In this document: piece by piece, positions 26,775-35,300 of the stretch
How the letters are laid out: the number at the start of each line of letters is the position of its first letter
Numbering within the stretch: position 1 is the stretch's first letter
IMG/VR virus record: IMGVR_UViG_3300032233_000641
Coordinates: 1-42,736 of that record
Reading direction: 5' to 3' (one strand)
DNA length: 42,736 nucleotides
DNA from: a virus
Lineage: Duplodnaviria > Caudoviricetes
Notes under the pieces: generated by a model
The model's input: only the letters and a program-made list of their open reading frames with translations
Told to the model about the DNA's origin: nothing
Databases searched by the model: none
Program-made: the position numbers and the translations under genes

Positions 26775-26853
26775 TCCTGATGAAATGGTGATGTGGGTGT
26801 GCATAGCTTTAGGCTTTGCTATTGTGATAATGATGACTGAGGGGATGATTTGA
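26767..26853 (+). CDS. 28-aa membrane peptide
   Basis: GGGGA RBS; MIDPDEMVMWVCIALGFAIVIMMTEGMI*. Confidence 0.5.
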   Translation: MIDPDEMVMWVCIALGFAIVIMMTEGMI

Positions 26854-27062
26854 TGTTGCCAGTGAACTGCGTATTTATGCTGAAGTCAGCAGCGTTATCA
26901 AAAGACATAGACCAAATCCAACATGCTATAGATATGGTAAAGATTTTGTCGCCTGAGAACTTCTTACAAAATGAGCAAGACATGAGGCAAAGGGTCTTTT
27001 ACCACAGACCATTTGGTATGCATTGGTCTGGTGATTATCGGGCAGATAGAATAATTTATTAA
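26850..27062 (+). CDS. hypothetical protein
   Basis: In-operon ORF with RBS. Confidence 0.6.
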   Translation: MMLPVNCVFMLKSAALSKDIDQIQHAIDMVKILSPENFLQNEQDMRQRVFYHRPFGMHWSGDYRADRIIY

Positions 27063-27079
27063 AAGTAAGGAAAGCCAAG

Positions 27080-27322
27080 ATGAAAGATTTGTTTGGTTAC
27101 GAGCAGTTTGATTGGCAGAAAGAATGGCAAGGTATGCCTGAGTTTATTCAGGAAGACCTTATGCCCTTCCGTGCAATCAATGTCCGATTTAGGAATGAAG
27201 AGGACGTGCAAGAGTTTGCGAAGCTGTTGGGGCAGGTCATTACGCCTAAACAAAAAGCGCTTTGGTTCCCCTTCGCTGAGTTTCGTAGGGCATCACACTT
27301 GAGGTATGTTGATGAATCCTAA
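27080..27322 (+). CDS. small partner of TAGT-like glycosyltransferase
   Basis: EWQGMPEF.QED...VRF....D...FA..LGQ.IT.K...WFP; overlaps GT start. Confidence 0.7.
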   Translation: MKDLFGYEQFDWQKEWQGMPEFIQEDLMPFRAINVRFRNEEDVQEFAKLLGQVITPKQKALWFPFAEFRRASHLRYVDES

Positions 27323-28193
27323 GTACCCTGTTTACATTGTGTCTAAGGGGCGCTGGAAGACGCGCCTAACAAGCAAGGCTTTGGAACGTATAAGCGTGCC
27401 GTACTACATTATAGTGGAGCCGCATGAGTTACATGACTATGCCAATGTTATTGACCCTGCGAAGGTGTTGGTGTTGCCTACGGAATACCTGCGCGACTAT
27501 GACACTTGTGATGATGTTGGTGAGGCACTCGGAAAAGGCCCGGGTGCTGCTAGAAACTTTTGTTGGGAACACAGCATAGCTCAAGGCGCGGCACGCCATT
27601 GGGTTATGGACGACAACATAGCCAGCTTCAATAGGCTCAATCGCAACTTAATGGTTAAGGTTACCTCTGGCACGATATTCAGGGCGGCAGAAGACTTCGT
27701 TGACCGTTACGAAAACGTCGCCATTGCTGGGTTTAATTACGATTTCTTTGCTAAAGCTAAGGAGCCACTGCCTGCGTTCGTGATGAACACCCGCATCTAT
27801 TCCTGCCTGCTTATCGACAACAGCTTACCAATGCGCTGGCGTGGGCGTTACAACGAAGATACTGACCTGTCCTTACGGGCGCTCAAGGCTGGCCTATGCA
27901 CCGTGCAGTTCAATGCTTTCCTACAGGAAAAGGCTACTACCCAAACAATGGCAGGCGGCAACACCGACGAGTTCTACGCCAAAGAGGGGACGCTCCCTAA
28001 GTCCCAAATGCTAGAGCGCCTGCACCCTGACGTGGCTGAGGTGGTCTGGAAGTTCAATCGCTGGCATCACCGCGTTGACTATGCCCCATTTAAGAAAAAT
28101 GGCTTGAGCCTGCGCCCAGACTTAGTTGCCCCAGAGGGCATTGACAACTACGGGATGACCTTAAAAGACATTAGGGAAAACCCTAAAAAATAA
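27312..28193 (+). CDS. GT-A glycosyltransferase, TAGT/GREB1-like
   Basis: YIVSKGR, IVEP.E, GAARN, WVMDDNI (DxD-like), IYSC.LI, NEDTDLSLR, GGNT. Confidence 0.75.
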   Translation: MNPKYPVYIVSKGRWKTRLTSKALERISVPYYIIVEPHELHDYANVIDPAKVLVLPTEYLRDYDTCDDVGEALGKGPGAARNFCWEHSIAQGAARHWVMDDNIASFNRLNRNLMVKVTSGTIFRAAEDFVDRYENVAIAGFNYDFFAKAKEPLPAFVMNTRIYSCLLIDNSLPMRWRGRYNEDTDLSLRALKAGLCTVQFNAFLQEKATTQTMAGGNTDEFYAKEGTLPKSQMLERLHPDVAEVVWKFNRWHHRVDYAPFKKNGLSLRPDLVAPEGIDNYGMTLKDIRENPKK

Positions 28194-28213
28194 TTTAAAA
28201 ATATTTGCAAAAG

Positions 28214-28293
28214 GGGGTTGACTACCCCTAATCGTTTAATAGATAATTAAATCACTGACACATTGGTCAGGACAGCGAATAAGGAGAAACACC
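28214..28293 (+). promoter_or_regulatory. promoter-operator-leader cassette 2
   Basis: GGGGTTGACT, TTTAAT-N5-ATTAAA, hairpin CTGAC/GTCAG, GACAGCGAA, AAGGAG..ACACC-ATG. Confidence 0.7.
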
Positions 28294-28602
28294 ATGAAAT
28301 ACGCAAATCACCTCGGCTACAGCGACATCACACCTTACGAAGTAATCCGTATTGTCAGCGACATCACTATTGAAATCCGCGAGATGGATGCTAAGCGCGA
28401 CGAATCAGTAACGCTGGAATGGATTGCAGGCGGCTTCGCAGGCCACTGCGTCAACCAACGCGATCAAGAGTGGTTCATCAGTAGCGACGAGTCGGCACCA
28501 GTAATTCGCATTCGTTTAGGCAAGCGTGGTTGGAAAGACAAGTTTGGTCGCCGCTACGAGTTAAGTGATGAGCCAGTTAAATTCTACGATTACAACTTCT
28601 AA
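28294..28602 (+). CDS. hypothetical early protein
   Basis: Strong RBS; GYSD..PYEV...GGFAGHC.NQ...FYDYNF. Confidence 0.75.
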   Translation: MKYANHLGYSDITPYEVIRIVSDITIEIREMDAKRDESVTLEWIAGGFAGHCVNQRDQEWFISSDESAPVIRIRLGKRGWKDKFGRRYELSDEPVKFYDYNF

Positions 28603-28607
28603 TTAAC

Positions 28608-28622
28608 GGGGGCTCTGCCCCC
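28608..28622 (+). other. GC hairpin, no U-tract
   Basis: GGGGGC-TCT-GCCCCC after stop. Confidence 0.55.
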
Positions 28623-28644
28623 AACTACAGCGAAGGAAAGCGAA

Positions 28645-28869
28645 ATGACTAAATTCTACAAATGCGATTGCTGCAAACATATCTTCGAAGAAGACGAGAT
28701 TGAGACTGTTAATGACAACACAGGCGCAAGTGACGGTACAGTTGACCTTTGCCCTGAATGCCATGTGCCTGAGATGTTCTCGTCAATACCAGACTTAGAC
28801 TGGAACTTTGAGAATCGTGAAGAAGCCCGTCTCGATGCCATGTTTGAAGCACGTTACGCAGAGGATTGA
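28645..28869 (+). CDS. zinc-ribbon protein
   Basis: YKCDCC...LCPEC. Confidence 0.7.
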   Translation: MTKFYKCDCCKHIFEEDEIETVNDNTGASDGTVDLCPECHVPEMFSSIPDLDWNFENREEARLDAMFEARYAED

Positions 28870-29066
28870 TCATGATTGCTTACTGCGACTACATAGCCTA
28901 CACAATCCGCGAAGCTTTGGTACAAGACAGCGGATGGAAGCTTTGCCACGTAGGCAAAATCCAGTGGGATTTGGGCGATGATGGCTCATTCCAAAGTACC
29001 GATAAGCTCTTGATTGTTGAAGACAATAACGGTAAGAAGTACAAGATAACTGTAGAAGAAGCTTAA
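28866..29066 (+). CDS. hypothetical protein
   Basis: AYCDYIA...D.NGKKYKITVEE. Confidence 0.7.
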   Translation: MIMIAYCDYIAYTIREALVQDSGWKLCHVGKIQWDLGDDGSFQSTDKLLIVEDNNGKKYKITVEEA

Positions 29067-29085
29067 AGCTTGAGTTAAAATAGAT

Positions 29086-29327
29086 TGCTGGGAAAGCTTG
29101 GAAGATATGGTGAAAGCGGAGATGATTTTACCCAAGGCCAAGCCGGTACCAGCACTATAAGTTTACAGTAGGCTTGATTTAAGTTTACAGTCCGAAGTCG
29201 TCGTAGGCCAATGTAGCATCGACATACGCGCTGGATAATCGTAACCAGCTGGGAAAGCAGATGCTGGCTTCGCACATCGCGTGGCGCTATTCGCATAAGC
29301 GTGTAGCAAACAGTGCAGCGAGTACCA
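29086..29327 (+). ncRNA. cluster of putative structured non-coding RNAs
   Basis: Two long stems sharing a TGG-GAAA-GC / GC-SRGTA-CCA internal loop, flanking a multi-hairpin element. Confidence 0.55.
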
Positions 29328-29357
29328 ATTTAATCAACTACCTGTAAGGGGGGAAAG

Positions 29358-29591
29358 ATGAACGAGAGCCAATACGAAGTTGCAAAGCTTCAACAAGAAG
29401 TAGATCGCATGGATACCATAGGTTACGAGCTGTACTGCAACCTAGAGGTAGCACTTGATGCGCTGAACCAAATCATTGATATACCTAACGTATCAGCAAC
29501 AGATGCGCGAGCCGTAAAGGACATGGTGAAAGCAGCCACATGGGCGCTAAACATCATTCAAGACGGTAAGATTGCAGAACCTTCAAGTTGA
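29358..29591 (+). CDS. hypothetical protein
   Basis: G-rich RBS; helical. Confidence 0.6.
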   Translation: MNESQYEVAKLQQEVDRMDTIGYELYCNLEVALDALNQIIDIPNVSATDARAVKDMVKAATWALNIIQDGKIAEPSS

Positions 29592-29633
29592 CATTACACT
29601 ATCGGCATCTAATTACGCTGAGGGACTGAGAAG

Positions 29634-30161
29634 ATGTCTGAGCAAACCACAATTGCCACGAAGCAACAGAAGACGCCAAAGAAGATTGGCCGTCCATCAA
29701 AGTACACACCTGAACTAGCCAAAGAGATATGTGAACGCCTAAGTGATGGGGAGCCATTACGTCAGATATGTAGAGACAATCACATGCCAGCTTGGCAGAA
29801 GATTTATGAGTGGATGGTGCGCGACGAGGCGCTTTCGGGAGCCATCGCGCGTGCGCGAGAGCAGGGCTACGACGCTATAGCTGAGGATTTGCTGGCTATT
29901 GCTGACACTCCCCTCATGGGCGAGACTGAGACTAGTAGCGCCAATGGCTTGACCATCACCCGCCAAGACATGCTTGGCCATCGTAAGCTGCAGATTGAGA
30001 CGCGCTTAAAGCTACTGGCCAAGTGGAACCCCAAGAAGTATGGCGACCGCCAGATACTGGCAGGCGACAAGGATAGTCCACTTGAGGTGAAGGCTGACCT
30101 AGCTGTGTTTGAGACTATGCTGCAGACAGTAGAGCTCGGGCGGCAGGCTAAGGGCAAATGA
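29634..30161 (+). CDS. terS: terminase small subunit (Sf6-like)
   Basis: GRPSKYTPE....IC.RL..GE.LR.IC; ARARE; RKLQIETR..LL.KW.PKKYG. Confidence 0.85.
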   Translation: MSEQTTIATKQQKTPKKIGRPSKYTPELAKEICERLSDGEPLRQICRDNHMPAWQKIYEWMVRDEALSGAIARAREQGYDAIAEDLLAIADTPLMGETETSSANGLTITRQDMLGHRKLQIETRLKLLAKWNPKKYGDRQILAGDKDSPLEVKADLAVFETMLQTVELGRQAKGK

Positions 30162-30316
30162 GCGAATTCGTAAGCAACGCTGAGGTGGCTGCTATAAAGG
30201 CTGAGCTGGCTGCATTACGGCGAGAGAACGAAGTCCTACATAAATGGCTAGAAGAGCAGAAGCGGCACTCTGCTGAGCTACGCCAGATCCTACTCAATCG
30301 CGTGGATACTAAATGA
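30158..30316 (+). CDS. small coiled-coil protein
   Basis: ATGA coupling both sides; MSEFVSNAEVAAIKAELAALRRENE. Confidence 0.6.
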   Translation: MSEFVSNAEVAAIKAELAALRRENEVLHKWLEEQKRHSAELRQILLNRVDTK

Positions 30317-30597
30317 CTAATATTAGCGCCCAAGAACATGGCTTAGACTTTACTGTCACATTGACTGCTGAGGATGCCAAGTTTACGGATGAGGCTGTGG
30401 CTGCAGGCGTCCCATTGATTGTGGTGACTATGTTCAGGGACGCTTTGCGTAAACTAGTAGCTGCAGAGCGCGAGGCGTGTTCCAAGACCTGTGAAGAATA
30501 TGCGCGTAAATACGCAAAAGATGATGATGCCAGTAAAGCGCAAGCGTGGATGATGTTGCAATGTGCCGCAGCTATCCGCGCAAGGGGACAAGAATGA
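30313..30597 (+). CDS. hypothetical protein (EREACA family)
   Basis: LVAAEREACSKTCEE...CAAAIRARGQE. Confidence 0.7.
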   Translation: MTNISAQEHGLDFTVTLTAEDAKFTDEAVAAGVPLIVVTMFRDALRKLVAAEREACSKTCEEYARKYAKDDDASKAQAWMMLQCAAAIRARGQE

Positions 30598-30779
30598 CGC
30601 CAGATCAAGCTAGAGCCTACATAACGTGGTTCAAAATTAACCAACTGCCCCCAGACATTGACTTTGTACGTACAAGCTCAGGCAGAGAGATTAAGCTCAA
30701 AGACATAAGCGATGAAGACGCCGTGTTCGTGGCTAAGCAGTTTACATTTATGCATGACACAGCGTTGGGTCGCAAATGA
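30594..30779 (+). CDS. hypothetical protein
   Basis: MTPDQARAY...; ATGA coupling. Confidence 0.6.
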   Translation: MTPDQARAYITWFKINQLPPDIDFVRTSSGREIKLKDISDEDAVFVAKQFTFMHDTALGRK

Positions 30780-30877
30780 TTTACCTGTTTGATTTTGTGT
30801 GCGGAACACTTACTGGACTAGTTTTAGTTTTCTTGTGGGGGTTCTGTAGCGCATGGTGGAAAAGTATAAATGACTGA
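30776..30877 (+). CDS. 33-aa membrane peptide
   Basis: MIYLFDFVCGTLTGLVLVFLWGFCSAWWKSIND*; coupled to neighbours. Confidence 0.5.
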   Translation: MIYLFDFVCGTLTGLVLVFLWGFCSAWWKSIND

Positions 30878-32309
30878 CGTCGCTGAACTCATGCGCGACC
30901 CTGAGATACACAAGAAGTATCTCAACCTCCCTGACACTTACCGTGCCGCTTTCGAGTGGCGTGCCAACTGGTTAGCCAAAGCCCATGACCATCAGATCGT
31001 ACCCGCTGGGGACTGGTGGGATATATGGCTGATGCTTGCTGGCCGTGGTGCTGGCAAGACCCGAACCGCAGCTGAGCAGATAGGCTGGTGGGCATGGAGC
31101 TATCCGAACACCCGCTGGCTAGTAGCCGCCCCAACCTCAGCAGACGTGCGTGGCACCTGCTTTGAGGGCGATAGCGGCCTGATGAACGTCATCCCTAACA
31201 TACTGATCAAGGACTACAACAAGAGCCTCCACGAGCTCGTGTTGGTAAATGGAAGCCTAATCAAAGGCATCCCAGCATCTGAGCCCGAGCGCTTCCGTGG
31301 TGCTCAGTTCCACGGTGGCTGGTGTGATGAGTTAGCCGCTTGGGACTACATACAAGAAGCGTGGGACATGATGCAGTTCGGTATCCGACTTGGTAAGAAG
31401 ACAAGGCTCATCTGCACCACTACGCCACGACCCAAAGACCTGATCGTTGATCTGGTAGGTAGAGCTGGTGACGACGTGGTGTTAACGAGAGCCTCGACCT
31501 ACGCCAACATTGCCAACCTAGCTGACAACTTCAAGAAGCAGATCCTGCAATACGAGGGCACTAGCCTTGGGCGGCAGGAGATTGAGGCTGAGCTGATCGA
31601 CCCTGAGGAGTCTGGCATCGTCAAGCGTGACATGTTCAGACTATGGCCATCAAACAAACCCTTCCCTAAATTTGAGTTCGTACTCCAAAGCTATGACTGT
31701 GCCTACACGGAGAAGACCGTCAATGACCCGACTGCGGCAACAACGTGGGGCATTTTTAAACCACTTGATGGCCCAATGGCCGTCATGCTCATTGACGCAT
31801 GGCAGGATCGCCTTCAATACCCGGATCTACGTCCGAAGGTTATCGAGGAGTTCAAGGTATCGTTCGGGTCTGACCCCGAGGAAGAGGGCAGAGGAAACTT
31901 TGTCGGTGGAAAGAAGGTTGATCTCATTCTCATTGAAGATAAGGCTTCAGGAATATCGCTTATCCAAGATCTACAAAGAGCGCACTTACCTGTCAGGGCA
32001 TACAACCCCGGCAGGGCTGACAAGATACAGAGGCTGTCTATCGTGGCCAACATTATTGCCCATAAGCGAGTGTGGATCCCAGAGAGCACACAGCGTAAGG
32101 GATACGTAAGGGACTGGGCTGAGGGGTTTGTAAGCCAGATATGCAGCTTCCCTGACTCGACCCATGATGATTTCGTGGACAGTTGTACACAGGCTCTGAG
32201 ATACTTGCGGGATGCGCGATTCTTGGACATTGACCCTGAGCCACCAGACGATGACGATGATGACTACGTCTACGCTGGCAAGAAGCGCACAAACCCTTAC
32301 GCGGTGTAG
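30870..32309 (+). CDS. terL: terminase large subunit
   Basis: Walker A AGRGAGKT; Walker B WCDE; TTTP; nuclease SYD..., IEDKASG, HDDFVDS. Confidence 0.95.
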   Translation: MTDVAELMRDPEIHKKYLNLPDTYRAAFEWRANWLAKAHDHQIVPAGDWWDIWLMLAGRGAGKTRTAAEQIGWWAWSYPNTRWLVAAPTSADVRGTCFEGDSGLMNVIPNILIKDYNKSLHELVLVNGSLIKGIPASEPERFRGAQFHGGWCDELAAWDYIQEAWDMMQFGIRLGKKTRLICTTTPRPKDLIVDLVGRAGDDVVLTRASTYANIANLADNFKKQILQYEGTSLGRQEIEAELIDPEESGIVKRDMFRLWPSNKPFPKFEFVLQSYDCAYTEKTVNDPTAATTWGIFKPLDGPMAVMLIDAWQDRLQYPDLRPKVIEEFKVSFGSDPEEEGRGNFVGGKKVDLILIEDKASGISLIQDLQRAHLPVRAYNPGRADKIQRLSIVANIIAHKRVWIPESTQRKGYVRDWAEGFVSQICSFPDSTHDDFVDSCTQALRYLRDARFLDIDPEPPDDDDDDYVYAGKKRTNPYAV

Positions 32310-32311
32310 AC

Positions 32312-35300
32312 ATGAACCTTAATAAAATTAAAGGCGCTCTTGCAGCCGCTCTTGAAGCAGCCCCTAACAAAAAACAGGCGGCTAGGCTGATGGAGCTAAA
32401 CTCGCCGAGCCTTATTGGACAACAAGGGCCAGACCTGCAAGAGGCAGCAGACATCCTATCTGGTAAGTGGAACCCAGCGCCTGTTCCTGTAAGGGTGGCT
32501 ACAGACATCCCACCGAGACAACCTAGAGCCAAACCGCGCACTCAAGAGGAAATGCTGGAGATCGTCAATCGAGTTGGCCCACAGCTACAGAAACAGTTTG
32601 TTCGCAAGCCAGACAAGACCGAGAGCGTGGCTAGTAAGTCAAAGAAACGTCACGACCGTGAAGCTGCATACCAACATGACATTGAGGCTGCTGATCAGAA
32701 GTTGTTGCCTGAGTTAGACATAGCCGACCGCTTAGGCACGGTAGATGTATCGCTTGCTGGTGACGCTAGTCGGCTTGGTACTCTGCGCGGTGTCAACGGC
32801 TTAAAGTTAAACAGACCAGTAGAGTTGCAGGCTGGGCCATTGTTTGAGGAGGGATGGGCATCTGGCATAGATACGGCGTCAGATTATTGGAAGATGATGG
32901 GGCGCATCCAGAAGCAATATGGCGGTCTTCCTGTAAACGCGGTGTACTCCAACATGGCAAGCGAAGGGCTTCCATATGCTGTTCACTACGAAGATGCATT
33001 GCTTTCGGCGTTGAATAGCGCCAAGGTTCCTAAGAAGAACTTAGACGCATTTGATCAGATGATGCGTAACGCTTTCCCTAACTTTGTAGGGGTACGCAAT
33101 CAGGACGAGGCAATTCTTCAGATGATGCTTGACCCTAAGTTGCGTAAGCATTTTGCCCATCTGATGGAGCTTGAGGGTACAACAAAGAACTTGGGCACGC
33201 CAAGGGGTTACGATGTTAAGCACGCTGTCGAAGAGCCAGACCTGACAACAACTGAGGGTGGTATCTCTGGCTTCGTGGTTAAGCGCCCTGATCTTAGCTT
33301 GACGCACTTACCAATAGAGACTGAGCACAACACCTATGGCCTGAGAATGCCAATGGAAACATTAGGCCGTCAGAAACTAATGCTGCCTAAAGAAGTGCAG
33401 TTTCACGATACGCTTGACTCCATCATGAAAAACCCATTGCAAGCCAACAATCCGCTTGGCACCCTGCACTTTGGAGTTGGCAGGCAGATCATTGACCAGC
33501 AGCAGGTTGATCAGGTCAAGATGTTTGAAGAGCTAATGAAAAAGTATTACGGTATGCGAAAAGGTGGCTTAGCTACTGGCGGCGTACCAGAGAAGCGTAA
33601 CGTGTCTCAGCTATTCCCATTGAAGGACTCTGCAGATAACCCGTCAATGTTGTCTGAATTAAAAAATGCTTACGGTAAAGAGAGCAAGACCTACGGCGAC
33701 AAAGGCGCTGCGATGGATATATTAAATCGTGGCTTTGTTACTGACGTTTTAGGTGGCGCTGTGGACTTGGCTAATATGCCACTGCAAGGGCTTGATTGGT
33801 TGGCATCAAAGATACCTGCGCTGAGTGAGCCTGCATCTGTGATGGATAAGGACAGTGAGCGCGTTGCATCTTTCCCTATTTCTACCGATAAGCCTTGGGG
33901 TGGCAAGGATGCATGGAACGAACTGTTCCAGAAGTCTGGCATTACCTCAAAGACAGAGCGCCCGATTGCTGAGATGGCGACATCATTGATTGCACCGTTT
34001 GCCCCAGCCGTAGCAGGCAAGACAGCTAAATTGGCGGCCAAAGGCGCTAAGGCGCTTGCCCCTACTGCCGCTGAGATGGCGTTAGACATTGCCAGCAAGT
34101 ACGGCGTTGACCCACGTATGAACATCATCAAGCCAAAGGGCGGTAATTGGGTGCAAAACTTTGGGTCACCTGAGGATTCTCTGCGTAGGTTGTATCGTGA
34201 TCCCACAATGATTGATGAGGCTGAAACACTTAATAACTTTATACAGAAAAAAATTGGAAATTACGTTAAGAATGAAATGGGAACCGAAAGCGATCCTATT
34301 CGTAAACAAGCTGATGCTTGGTACGAGAAGAAGTCTGATGTTTTAGCGCAAAAGCAAAAGCAGATTGACAAGGCTACTGCCGACATGGAAGCGGCGCGTG
34401 TTGAGCGTGGTTTCACCCCAGAAATGATGACTAAATCTCAGGCTAGGATACGAGATTTAGAAACAGAAAAGCGAATTATTCAAAATCAAATTGGCTTGCA
34501 TTTCAGGGCTATTAACGATCCAACCCGAGGAGCAGGGTCGCGTGCATTCGCTGGAAGCTATGGCGCAAAAATTCCAGATGAAACTGTGGCTACTTCACCA
34601 ATGGGAACGGCTTGGGAAAATGCTGCTGACTCTTCTATAAGTGCTGCGCCCTATCGAATGCACATGAACATGACAGACGCTAGTGGTGTTGAAGCTGCTT
34701 TGCGTGATGTTGGCGGTGAATACGCAGTTCAAAATCCTAATGCATTGGCATACAGAAGAAACACTGGCGTAACAGAGCGAACATTAGGCTTTGACCACCT
34801 TGTTGATGAGCTAAAAAATGCGCTCAATGTTGAAAGCGGATTGCCTGAACATTTGTTGCTTCAACCAAAAACTCTTGACAAGATGAGTGTTGCTCAAGCG
34901 TCAGAACACGTTGACAAGATCAATGCATGGCGTGCAGCCCAAAAACATGAAGCAGATGCAGCCCGTGCAGCAAACAAAGCAACCGTTGTCCAAAAAGAAT
35001 ATCCAGAACATGGATTGCAATGGGTAGAGTTGCGAATACCTGAAATGATAGAAGGCTTTAAAGCGCCTGAACGATATGAGATAAAAAAACCAGTTCCACA
35101 TTCGGAAACATTTGCAATTTGGGACAGGGAAAAAAATGGTTACATTACAAGCGGCTTAAAGTCCGAAGAGGCTGCTTTAAAACACTTGCACCAAATAACG
35201 TATGAAGATGCTCTCAAAGATGCCTTGAAATACGAGGGTGAGCAACTTAACCATTGCGTTGGTGGATATTGTCCTGATGTTCTTTCGGGTAATACTCGTA

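Noticed and set aside
29165-29250. Possible tRNA or self-cleaving ribozyme
   Set aside because: No GTTCRA T-loop, 7-bp acceptor stem or 7-nt anticodon loop; no hammerhead CUGANGA core; cannot support a named class
29075-29296. 73-aa minus-strand ORF across the non-coding region
   Set aside because: Antisense to the surrounding operon, no RBS, no protein-like motif; plus-strand stems explain the sequence better
29588-29616. TTGACA promoter upstream of terS
   Set aside because: Perfect -35 but no convincing -10 at 16-18 bp spacing
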